From: a virus
Lineage: Duplodnaviria > Caudoviricetes
DNA: 24,608 nucleotides
Reading direction: 5' to 3' (one strand)
IMG/VR virus record: IMGVR_UViG_3300020042_003394
Coordinates: 1-24,608 of that record
Shown piece by piece: positions 16,922 through 24,608 of the stretch (its first letter is position 1; every line of letters begins with the position of its first letter). Below the pieces are notes generated by a model. It was not told the origin of the DNA. It saw only the letters and a list, made by a program, of their open reading frames with translations, and did not search any database. The position numbers and the translations under genes were made by a program.

Positions 16922-19770
16922 TATGGTTGGTAGTATTTAATTTCTAGTGTGGTATTATTTAAGTAAACATCTACAAAGCCTACACCTATCTGTGAAGTGG
17001 TGACATATATTGCATTATTACTTATTGCATATTGTGCAGAGACTATCCCATCAATCTGCATATTATTAATCATGACGGTAATCTCAGGTAGAAGTATTAC
17101 TCCTAGAGCAAAGTCATCTATATATCCATAGTATTCACCAACAGCGAACCTAGTCCAGCTGATAGTACTAAAGCTGTTATTAATCACTGCAGCTGTAGGA
17201 GCTGCTACACCTAACTGCGTTAGATTAGCAATGTATACTAGTGGAGTGATGCCGACAGGTACACCATTGAAAGTGGTAGTTCTAATTCTATCCCCTACTA
17301 TTTCATTCTCACTAACTATATAACCATCACCTACTATCACTGATCTAGTGCCCCCTACTATTGTATTACCCCTGCCCATTACAGTGGCTGTAGCTTGGTT
17401 GCCGAATACATTAGTATTCTGAATTTTCTTAATGTTGATGTGGTTAGTAGCTAAGACTTGTAGAGGACCTATACCAGGGATGGGATCAGGTACTTCAGGA
17501 CCACTAGGCCCCATGAATGGTGTGAAGTTAATCTCGTTGTCTACACTGATGAGCTCTACCTTGGTGAGCTTGTTAGCATTGGCATCATAATCTATGACCT
17601 TGTTTATATTCCACCATGAGTTATCTATCCGTATCTTATCATTCAACTGCAGCCTCTGTATATCATTCTCCTTAAGATTGAACATAGCACTAAGCATCTT
17701 ACCACTATTAATCTGCCCCATGGTCCTCCTCCAGTATCTGTTATACAGGTTGTTGCTTGTTAGGCTAGTAGGTTGGTAATAGTAAAAGTCGCAGATGGCG
17801 AAGTTGATATCAAAGGTAGGAGTTAATGGATCATCAAAGTGACCTACTAGTGGGTAGCTAGTTTGGTTAATCATACCTACACTACCATAGTCATAGATAT
17901 AGAACTGGCCACAGGTAGCTAATGGCTGACCTACTTCTGTCTTATCGTATAGGATCCTTATGTTTGTTTCAGGAGCTGAGCCTGCTATCATAGGAACAAA
18001 AGCACCAAACAAAGTTTTAATAATAGGTGTAGGCGAGAATAGTATAGGCTTAGTGTCTACCTCCTTTACATATTCATTGTCGAATATAACCTCAGCCTGC
18101 CCATAGATATTGTTAGTGGCATTGGTGTAGGTTGTGTTAGGTGCATCCTTGTCAGGTGCATAGGTTAAGATTAGTTTCTTTGCTGTTAGCTCAGGTAGGA
18201 AGGATAAGTTCTGCTCATCATCCTTAGCTAGCTTATCAGTCCAATCTACCTCAGCACCACTATCGTAAAAGTCATCCCTATTCTGTAGCAGTAGCTTGTT
18301 GGGTTGATCAGCATCAATGGTAGCGTAAAGGTTGTACATATTAAATATGCTCTTAATAAAGTCACTCTGCTTTATTTTCTTAGGCACATAGTCATTAACA
18401 TCTATTATCCCTGGTATAGCTATCACATTACTGCTAGGCAATATGGTTAAAGATATACTTGTTATCACAGCCTCTAATGTGACAAGGAGACTATTTAAAC
18501 CTGCTGCAGATCCTGTTCTCCAATATACCTGTGATGTATTTTGTCCTGACAAAGGAGGAGATACATTTAATGCATTAAATCCTATTCTAGCAGTAGATAA
18601 AGCAAGTACCTGGGGATATGTAAGTGTTATCGTTGTCTGCGCTACTTGACTTAAGATAGTAGTTATGCCTATAGGAATAGACAAGGGAGCCTCTACAGCA
18701 TTGTTAGCTATGTTAGTACCTGCAGGTGGTAATCCGTTTGTATATAAGTTGCTAGCTATTTGTGCCTGCCCTGAACCTTGTACTATTATGGTAGGCTTAT
18801 AATAAGTAGGGTTAGCTCCACCAATACTATCACCTGAAAACAAAGTACCTCCTGATGTATTATTGAGTTGTAAGCTGTAGTTAATTACTACACTATAGTC
18901 ATAGCTCTGACCATTGGCATTGCTTATGTTAAATGGTATTGTATATATACCTGTTACAGGATCAAAGATATTTTGAATATCAGTTATCTCTGTCCATGTT
19001 GTGATAAATTGTGCAGGGTTAATAGCAGTTATACCTGCTCCAAATGTAGCCCCTACTATAGTGGTTGGTACATTCTTTTCTGCCTCAACTATAAAGTCCT
19101 GGTTATCCTGATTATCTACCCCACCGTTATAGGGGATAATTAGTTTATCAAATCTATCATAGGATAGACTAGGCCAATCATATTGGAAGCCTGCATCAGC
19201 GAAGATACGATCAAAGTATACCTTAGCAAATATAGCAGGTTTAAATTCTTGAGTGTTGTAGGTGGCATCACCTGATCCAGGGAGAAAGTACTTAAAGCCT
19301 TCTACTATTGTATTACTAAATCTAGCAACCACATTGGTAGCATCATAGGTGTGGTTAAAATCGGAGAAGTCTATAGCAGTAAGTTCCTTGTTCGTTATTG
19401 CTGTGAAAAAGTCTGCCTTACTATCCTTGATTAGTACCTCATAGTCTACGTGCTCCTCATAGCCATCTGTGAGCTGTACTTTCTTAATTGAAGTAAGCTG
19501 CATCGTAGCATTTTCCATGATAGGTATCCCATTCTCAATGACTGAGCAGATAGTGATAGCATTGATATTGAACGTACCCTCCACTATATTAATATCGTAG
19601 TAGTGGTTGAGCAGGTTGTTGTTTACCTTGGTACCTGGTAGTGTAATAGTCTTAGAGAAGTTACCCTGTCTCTTACTAATATCCCTGATATCTCCTACCT
19701 GAAAGTTTAAAGGAAAGGCAGTGCCCTCCTTGACATCTAGGTATCCAGTAGTGAGTTGTATCTTAACCAT
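16921..19770 (-). CDS. Large tail-tip/baseplate hub protein
   Basis: 949 aa; FPLNFQVGDIRDISKRQGNFSKTITLPGT N-terminus, LNDKIRID, beta-rich central insert. Confidence 0.7.
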   Translation of the reverse strand: MVKIQLTTGYLDVKEGTAFPLNFQVGDIRDISKRQGNFSKTITLPGTKVNNNLLNHYYDINIVEGTFNINAITICSVIENGIPIMENATMQLTSIKKVQLTDGYEEHVDYEVLIKDSKADFFTAITNKELTAIDFSDFNHTYDATNVVARFSNTIVEGFKYFLPGSGDATYNTQEFKPAIFAKVYFDRIFADAGFQYDWPSLSYDRFDKLIIPYNGGVDNQDNQDFIVEAEKNVPTTIVGATFGAGITAINPAQFITTWTEITDIQNIFDPVTGIYTIPFNISNANGQSYDYSVVINYSLQLNNTSGGTLFSGDSIGGANPTYYKPTIIVQGSGQAQIASNLYTNGLPPAGTNIANNAVEAPLSIPIGITTILSQVAQTTITLTYPQVLALSTARIGFNALNVSPPLSGQNTSQVYWRTGSAAGLNSLLVTLEAVITSISLTILPSSNVIAIPGIIDVNDYVPKKIKQSDFIKSIFNMYNLYATIDADQPNKLLLQNRDDFYDSGAEVDWTDKLAKDDEQNLSFLPELTAKKLILTYAPDKDAPNTTYTNATNNIYGQAEVIFDNEYVKEVDTKPILFSPTPIIKTLFGAFVPMIAGSAPETNIRILYDKTEVGQPLATCGQFYIYDYGSVGMINQTSYPLVGHFDDPLTPTFDINFAICDFYYYQPTSLTSNNLYNRYWRRTMGQINSGKMLSAMFNLKENDIQRLQLNDKIRIDNSWWNINKVIDYDANANKLTKVELISVDNEINFTPFMGPSGPEVPDPIPGIGPLQVLATNHINIKKIQNTNVFGNQATATVMGRGNTIVGGTRSVIVGDGYIVSENEIVGDRIRTTTFNGVPVGITPLVYIANLTQLGVAAPTAAVINNSFSTISWTRFAVGEYYGYIDDFALGVILLPEITVMINNMQIDGIVSAQYAISNNAIYVTTSQIGVGFVDVYLNNTTLEIKYYQP

Positions 19771-21220
19771 TTATGATATCGTTGTTAGCTAGTTTAATTG
19801 TGATATTCTGCTTAATTAAATTCTTATTCCTTTGGTTGTATACCTGAAAGTCTGAGGTTATGATGTTGCAGCTGATATAGTCAGTGCTAACAGGATCATC
19901 ACAATCTACTGCATAGCTTGCCTGCTTAACAAAGGTAAAGGGTGAACTGATGAGCTCAGTAAAATAGTTAGCCATGTCTAGTGTCATGAAGTCAGTAGCT
20001 AAGTCTATGGTGGTCTCAGTGCTCACATAGGTATTAGTCATCCCTCTATCTGTAAGGTCATAGCTCCACTGGTTCACTCCATTGATATATCCTGCCACAT
20101 CTCTATTGAATTGCTCACGTGTTACGGTACCCTTCTCATAGCTGTTAAGCGTAAAAGCAAAGCTGCCCCATGAGCCGAGCTTGTCCAGGAATAAGATGCT
20201 GTACTCTGTAGTACGTATCCTCCTATCTATGTTGATCCTGTAAGTTGCTGAGCTTACTACTCCATTTCGTTCATAGTGAAAGTCATAGTACTCAGTAGTA
20301 GGTTCAATCAATAAGCCTGTACCAAATACCAAAGTAAGCACCCCAAAGTTGTTAGGCCCTACTGATATACCACTCACATGGTCCACAGCTGTCACCACCT
20401 TCTCAAAGATATTACCTCCATCATTCTCAAATACCATGGTATCAGGTGCAGTAGGTGAGCTATTAGCCACAGCATCCACCCACATATCTTGTGATAGGGT
20501 GCAGTACATATTTAGGTTAGCTGCAGGGAAGCTAGTAAGGAACTCATCAGCTATACCATTGAGCATGTAGTCTTGGTAGTCATAGCTCGGCCAATCTACC
20601 CACTTGAATGCTCCGTTGAATACAAAGTTATTGGTATCTAGCACTAGGTCCCTAGTCACAGTCTTACGGCCATCTGCATAGGTGATGTCACCATCTATAT
20701 TGGGATTGGTTACATTTGCCCATGGTGAGTTAACCACTAGAAAACCTGGACCAATAGATAAGACTGTGAACAGCCCCTCTAGGTTAGGGTTGGCTACACC
20801 TAAGTCAGCTTGTGTAATGTTGATCTGATCACCTGCCACAAATGTATTGACCACGTTTATCTGCACATTTGCACCACTCTGTGTAAGAGCATTTATATAA
20901 GTAGTGGTAGTCAGATACTCCTCACCTACATGAAGATCATACTCGTAGTGGCTATCCGTTGCATTGTAGACAGATGTGTTAGTCAGGTTAAGGTCATAGC
21001 TCACAAATGACTGCAGCAGCTTACTCAGATCTATCTCACCAAAGCCAGTGCTATAGGTAGGCATCACCCTATACTCAGCTATCTTGTTAAGCGTGCCACT
21101 TTCATAAACATCAAAGATATATTTAAAGCCACTTAGCAATACATTCGTACTAGAGTAGATGTACTTGATAGGATTGTATGCAGGCATTAAGGGTTGAGCT
21201 GAGGCTTGGGCTATGATCAT
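19763..21220 (-). CDS. Tail structural protein (distal-tail-like)
   Basis: 485 aa; PAYNPI N-terminus and FLDKLGSWGSFAF motif; coupled to the hub gene. Confidence 0.6.
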   Translation of the reverse strand: MIIAQASAQPLMPAYNPIKYIYSSTNVLLSGFKYIFDVYESGTLNKIAEYRVMPTYSTGFGEIDLSKLLQSFVSYDLNLTNTSVYNATDSHYEYDLHVGEEYLTTTTYINALTQSGANVQINVVNTFVAGDQINITQADLGVANPNLEGLFTVLSIGPGFLVVNSPWANVTNPNIDGDITYADGRKTVTRDLVLDTNNFVFNGAFKWVDWPSYDYQDYMLNGIADEFLTSFPAANLNMYCTLSQDMWVDAVANSSPTAPDTMVFENDGGNIFEKVVTAVDHVSGISVGPNNFGVLTLVFGTGLLIEPTTEYYDFHYERNGVVSSATYRINIDRRIRTTEYSILFLDKLGSWGSFAFTLNSYEKGTVTREQFNRDVAGYINGVNQWSYDLTDRGMTNTYVSTETTIDLATDFMTLDMANYFTELISSPFTFVKQASYAVDCDDPVSTDYISCNIITSDFQVYNQRNKNLIKQNITIKLANNDIING

Positions 21221-21230
21221 AATTCTATTT

Positions 21231-21260
21231 ACCTATATTATCTATCCGTTATGTTTTAGT
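21231..21260 (-). promoter_or_regulatory. Late promoter motif ACTAAA-N15-AATATAGGT
   Basis: 10 nt upstream of the ATG at 21220. Confidence 0.7.
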
Positions 21261-21419
21261 TCTAAAGTCACCCATGGCTACCTGATAAGCTCTGTCTAAT
21301 AACTGAAGGTGCTCAGCCATTCTATCAGGTCGGTTAAATACTATCCTCACCTGCTTACCTGTCTTATGGTGGATGTAGGCCTGCACCACTTGTATCTTAT
21401 GTAGTATCTCAGAATGCAT
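21249..21419 (-). CDS. Small hypothetical protein (~56 aa)
   Basis: MHSEILHKIQVVQAYIHHKTGK...; overlaps the terL stop. Confidence 0.6.
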   Translation of the reverse strand: MHSEILHKIQVVQAYIHHKTGKQVRIVFNRPDRMAEHLQLLDRAYQVAMGDFRTKT

Positions 21420-22557
21420 AGTACACATCATCACTATAGTACTGCTGCCTTATGTGAGTAGTGGCATACCTAATGGCATCCATTGCATCATCAAACAGCT
21501 TGACTGGTTCGTCTAGAATTTGATCACCAACTTTCTTCCATTTATAATTCTCATACTCTCGCTTAAGTGCTTTGTGGTCCTGGCATATTACTCCGAAGGT
21601 CTTAAGGTTATCTATCCCTTTCTTAACTACCTTGTTAGCGTTGAGTACATCATACCCTGCTATGTTCATCTCCTGTATTATCTCAGGCCTTGAATGGTCA
21701 GCAAGTATACTAACAGTCTGCTCTATGTTTAGGGTGGCTAGTCTTTCAATCAGCATGGTAGTGGTTAGGTAGCTCTCGTATATGACAGGCTCAATGTAAA
21801 TGTCATTATCACAGTAGTACACCCTGATCAGAGCAGTGGGGTGATTGTATCCAAAGTCAAGGCCATATACAAACTTAACAAACCTTGAGGGCCTATGAGC
21901 TATGAATGACCAGTTACTATAGATGTTACTCTTACTGATAGCCTTCTCACCCAGCGCATAGATCTGATACAGTGCCTCATCTGTTCTAGATAGATCCTCT
22001 ATCTGTGCCTTGATGCTTTCAGGTAGGAATGGGTTATCTCGGTAGGTAGACTTAATCTTTATTGACTCCTCAGCAGGTAGCTCATACAGCCATGATGCAG
22101 AGTCAGATGGGTTGTAGTCAAAGATTAGCTTGTCCTCGGTTCTCATGTTCAGCTGCGTGAAGTCATCGAAGTACAGCTCATTGGCTTCATTGCACCAGGC
22201 TATGTCCCTTTTTCTACCCCTTATCTTTTGCTCATCATCCACACTAAAAAACTCTACCATGCTGCCATTAGCAAAGGTGTAGATGTGCTCACTCTTATTA
22301 TGGCTCTCCTCATTATACAGCCCCATGTCTCTTAGTATCTCTATGAAGTCCCTGAGCACTGTAGCTCTTAGAGCAGGAAAGGTTTTGCGTATCACTGACA
22401 CCACCTTATTATTATTCTGCAGGCAGTAGATGATCATGAGCTGGCAGAGGCTGTAGGTCTTAGAGCTCCTGCTACCTCCCTCATTAATGATGAACCTCTT
22501 ATCTCCTAAGATGGCCTCATAGTTCTTTTCAAAGATTGCAGTCGCTTTTATCTCCAT
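21409..22557 (-). CDS. terL: Terminase large subunit (PBSX/Terminase_3-like)
   Basis: Walker A GGSRSSKT, Walker B IAWCNE, coupling motif DYNP, nuclease GLDFGY and DDAMDAIRY. Confidence 0.95.
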   Translation of the reverse strand: MEIKATAIFEKNYEAILGDKRFIINEGGSRSSKTYSLCQLMIIYCLQNNNKVVSVIRKTFPALRATVLRDFIEILRDMGLYNEESHNKSEHIYTFANGSMVEFFSVDDEQKIRGRKRDIAWCNEANELYFDDFTQLNMRTEDKLIFDYNPSDSASWLYELPAEESIKIKSTYRDNPFLPESIKAQIEDLSRTDEALYQIYALGEKAISKSNIYSNWSFIAHRPSRFVKFVYGLDFGYNHPTALIRVYYCDNDIYIEPVIYESYLTTTMLIERLATLNIEQTVSILADHSRPEIIQEMNIAGYDVLNANKVVKKGIDNLKTFGVICQDHKALKREYENYKWKKVGDQILDEPVKLFDDAMDAIRYATTHIRQQYYSDDVYYAF

Positions 22558-22607
22558 AGCAAAGCTACCCCCCTCTCAGAGAGTCTATTGTTATTATTAT
22601 TATTCTA

Positions 22608-23018
22608 CTACTTAACTATAGTAACAGTTATAGCAGATATCTTCTCATCACCACTGGTAACATCTGTGTGCTCTTTCAGTGCATTTATTCTTTGAGTGAT
22701 GGATGCATTATACTGTCCTACCATTCCACCCTCTATCTGATCCATTCTAATTGCTTCCTCTATGCGCGAGCAGATTGTCGCATACTCAGAATATCTCCCA
22801 TCAGTATTAGCAAAGTAATCTTGCACACTACATTCTTTATCAGCAGCATAAGTCCTAAATCCTACCTGAGTTAAAGGTCTCTCTAATGGGATAGCTGTAG
22901 CCTCACCTGTTTTAGTAGATAAGCTGTAAGAGTATCTAGGTGTAGACTTACACCAGGATCTGTATCCATCAAATAGCTCCCACATTTTCTCAGGAGTTTC
23001 TATGTGCTTAGGTCTCAT
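22608..23018 (-). CDS. terS: Terminase small subunit (P22 gp3-like)
   Basis: ETPEKMWELFDGY, RPLTQVGF, GGMVGQYNASITQR; directly upstream of terL. Confidence 0.85.
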   Translation of the reverse strand: MRPKHIETPEKMWELFDGYRSWCKSTPRYSYSLSTKTGEATAIPLERPLTQVGFRTYAADKECSVQDYFANTDGRYSEYATICSRIEEAIRMDQIEGGMVGQYNASITQRINALKEHTDVTSGDEKISAITVTIVK

Positions 23019-23491
23019 TTTCTTTTTAGTTTATGATAAAGGTACTCACTCTCTGCTGTATGGGTTGCCCCTGTCATTAGCTTACCCTCTGCATTTTTGT
23101 GCGTAGGTCCAGTGTACAGCTTACCATCTTTAGTGTAGTGGGGCTGCCCTTCTACTAGACCAGTTTTATCTATTGTCTTAAGTTTACGTTGAGCCCACTC
23201 TATCCCTTCATCACCTCCCCAACATAACCACATTAACCTACCACATCCATCACCTAGTTCCTTCTGTGAGTTCTCTCTATGCCTTTCAAATGCAGCCATT
23301 CTAGCTATCGTGTCTCTACTGATGGGCTCACCCTTACTGAGCTGATACATACGAGCTTTACCCACAGCTGTGCCACATTCACCCCATCCATTCTCCTCTA
23401 CCCACCTTAATGCTATTTTAGCATTTTCAGTAGCAGCTGCAGGATAGTCTGTGTAAGAATTAACGAATTGAGCTCTGTATCTATTTAGCAT
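23015..23491 (-). CDS. Conserved phage hypothetical protein with two modules
   Basis: DYPAAATENA...CGTAVG...LMWLCWGG module plus PHYTKDGKLYTGPTHK...LMTGATHT module. Confidence 0.75.
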   Translation of the reverse strand: MLNRYRAQFVNSYTDYPAAATENAKIALRWVEENGWGECGTAVGKARMYQLSKGEPISRDTIARMAAFERHRENSQKELGDGCGRLMWLCWGGDEGIEWAQRKLKTIDKTGLVEGQPHYTKDGKLYTGPTHKNAEGKLMTGATHTAESEYLYHKLKRK

Positions 23492-23675
23492 TTTCTTCGT
23501 TCTCTACACCTTTATACTTTACCTTTGGTGCTTTCTCTTCAAATAAGTAACCTAGACCTATAGAGGTGTAATACTTGTGCTCTTTAGCAGTCTGTTCTGT
23601 TACTGTAATAGTTCTTGGATAGTTACCATGGTAAGTAGTCACTGTTGTCCCTAAAAATTCATTCTTTGTTTTCAT
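23481..23675 (-). CDS. Small hypothetical protein
   Basis: ORF overlapping both neighbours. Confidence 0.65.
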   Translation of the reverse strand: MKTKNEFLGTTVTTYHGNYPRTITVTEQTAKEHKYYTSIGLGYLFEEKAPKVKYKGVENEENAK

Positions 23676-23823
23676 ACTCGTCTAAAATTATAAAACTGTA
23701 ATAAAATAAAACCCATAACCCTGCTGCTTTACTAGCCCACTCATACTCCAATCTAAATAAAGCATAACCAGTGAACATGCCACAGAATAATGCTAAAGTA
23801 CTAATAAATCGGCTCACTTTCAT
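23659..23823 (-). CDS. Small two-TM membrane protein (54 aa)
   Basis: Start moved to MKVSRF, which abuts the late motif; two hydrophobic segments. Confidence 0.65.
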   Translation of the reverse strand: MKVSRFISTLALFCGMFTGYALFRLEYEWASKAAGLWVLFYYSFIILDEYENKE

Positions 23824-24334
23824 ACCTATATTGTAATTCATTCAAATTTTGTTTTATCTCCTTGATCAGATAGTAGGCTGATGTAGTTGTTATCCCAAAG
23901 TATTGGGCCATGCTTTTAGCTGTGATATATCCCCTATCAATGTATGCCTCATAAACTATCTTCTGCACCTTATCTGTTATCTCATTCCTGTAGATCTCTA
24001 TTAGTGCCTTATTAAAAGAATAGATCCTATCCTCTTTGAGCTTGTAGTATAGATCATCATTATCTTCAGGCTCATTCAATGGGTGTTCAATGGCTGTGAT
24101 CCTATCATCCTTATTACTCTTCGAGCAGGACCATAGCACCTGATACTTAATTGTGTTTAGCAGATAGCTCTTCACCTTACCAGGATCCCCATCTATATTG
24201 ATAACGTGTAGGTAGGAGTTATTAATGACTGTGTCAGCGTCTATGTAGCTACCCATCTTTTTTAGAAAGTAAGTAGTATAGGCTCTCACCTCAGCATAGT
24301 TGCTACTAATGTAGTTGTCTAAGGCTCTTCTCAT
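23801..24334 (-). CDS. ECF sigma-factor-like late transcription regulator
   Basis: Region-2-like DADTVINNSYL...KSYLLNTIKY and region-4 HTH TAKSMAQYFGITTTSAYYLIKEIK; about 177 aa from MRRALD. Confidence 0.7.
   Translation of the reverse strand: MRRALDNYISSNYAEVRAYTTYFLKKMGSYIDADTVINNSYLHVINIDGDPGKVKSYLLNTIKYQVLWSCSKSNKDDRITAIEHPLNEPEDNDDLYYKLKEDRIYSFNKALIEIYRNEITDKVQKIVYEAYIDRGYITAKSMAQYFGITTTSAYYLIKEIKQNLNELQYRYESEPIY
23824..23853 (-). promoter_or_regulatory. Late promoter motif AACAAA-N15-AATATAGGT inside the 3' end of the sigma-like gene
   Basis: Abuts the ATG at 23823. Confidence 0.75.
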
Positions 24335-24521
24335 ACCATTGCATAAAGTCCTTTGACCATATCCTCCTCCTCGTAGATGCACAGAAGCACTCTCTCGGTT
24401 GTCTACCCTCATACTTCTCTCGAATCTTATAAAGTTTTATGCAGCTATACTTAGAGTACCTTGTGCTATCAGGCATCTTCTCTATTGCATCAATCAGATC
24501 TATCTCAGCTTGTTCAAACAT
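24306..24521 (-). CDS. Small hypothetical protein with a CxC motif
   Basis: ORF overlapping both neighbours. Confidence 0.65.
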   Translation of the reverse strand: MFEQAEIDLIDAIEKMPDSTRYSKYSCIKLYKIREKYEGRQPRECFCASTRRRIWSKDFMQWYEKSLRQLH

Positions 24522-24607
24522 TCATCTAGTATATAAGCGAGCAGTGCAGCCTGACAAGCTAGGATAAAATCAAAGGTACAAAATATAGTAAGCCAAAAAG
24601 CCACACA
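24500..24607 (-). CDS. 5'-truncated small membrane protein
   Basis: Hand-translated ...CVAFWLTIFCTFDFILACQAALLAYILDECLNKLR*. Confidence 0.55.
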   Translation of the reverse strand, partial: CVAFWLTIFCTFDFILACQAALLAYILDECLNKLR

Positions 24608-24608
24608 T

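Noticed and set aside
22560-22567. TAGCTTTG as a host promoter for terL
   Set aside because: Only 2 nt from the ATG, so the expected start site would fall inside the start codon or gene.
2757-22874. Other short + strand ORFs (e.g. 6140, 7163, 7487, 8664, 12231, 14667, 14904, 15333, 15933, 16500, 17594, 18443, 20349, 20810, 21572, 22668) and the minus ORF 13482-13694
   Set aside because: All lie antisense to well-supported genes and have shadow-ORF composition.
1-24608. Stop-codon reassignment, diversity-generating retroelement, integrase, tRNA or introns
   Set aside because: Core genes are full length in the standard code, and no reverse transcriptase, recombinase, cloverleaf or split gene was recognised by eye.

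Overview
A 24.6-kb segment of a tailed dsDNA phage genome, probably a siphovirus of a Bacteroidota host (TAnnTTTG promoter elements, A-rich starts without Shine-Dalgarno sequences). Almost all genes are on the minus strand. Read in that direction: ECF-sigma-like factor, small genes, TerS/TerL, two tail proteins, tape measure, tail completion genes, two paralogous chaperone-like genes on the + strand, prohead protease/scaffold, major capsid, tail tube, portal, adaptor, holin, amidase, spanin, metallophosphoesterase, a 365-bp non-coding control region, small early genes, a C5 DNA methyltransferase, a DnaA-domain-IV-like protein, an iteron-like origin and a primase-helicase running off the window. 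The best candidate for a new system is a ~65-nt small RNA (5201-5270, minus strand) with its own promoter element and terminator. Its terminator loop is antisense to the translation-initiation regions of the two genes that follow the early promoters. Also notable: a recurring late-promoter motif (AATATAGGT) that abuts start codons and lies beside the phage sigma-like gene. All product calls come from motif recognition and gene context; no database search was run.
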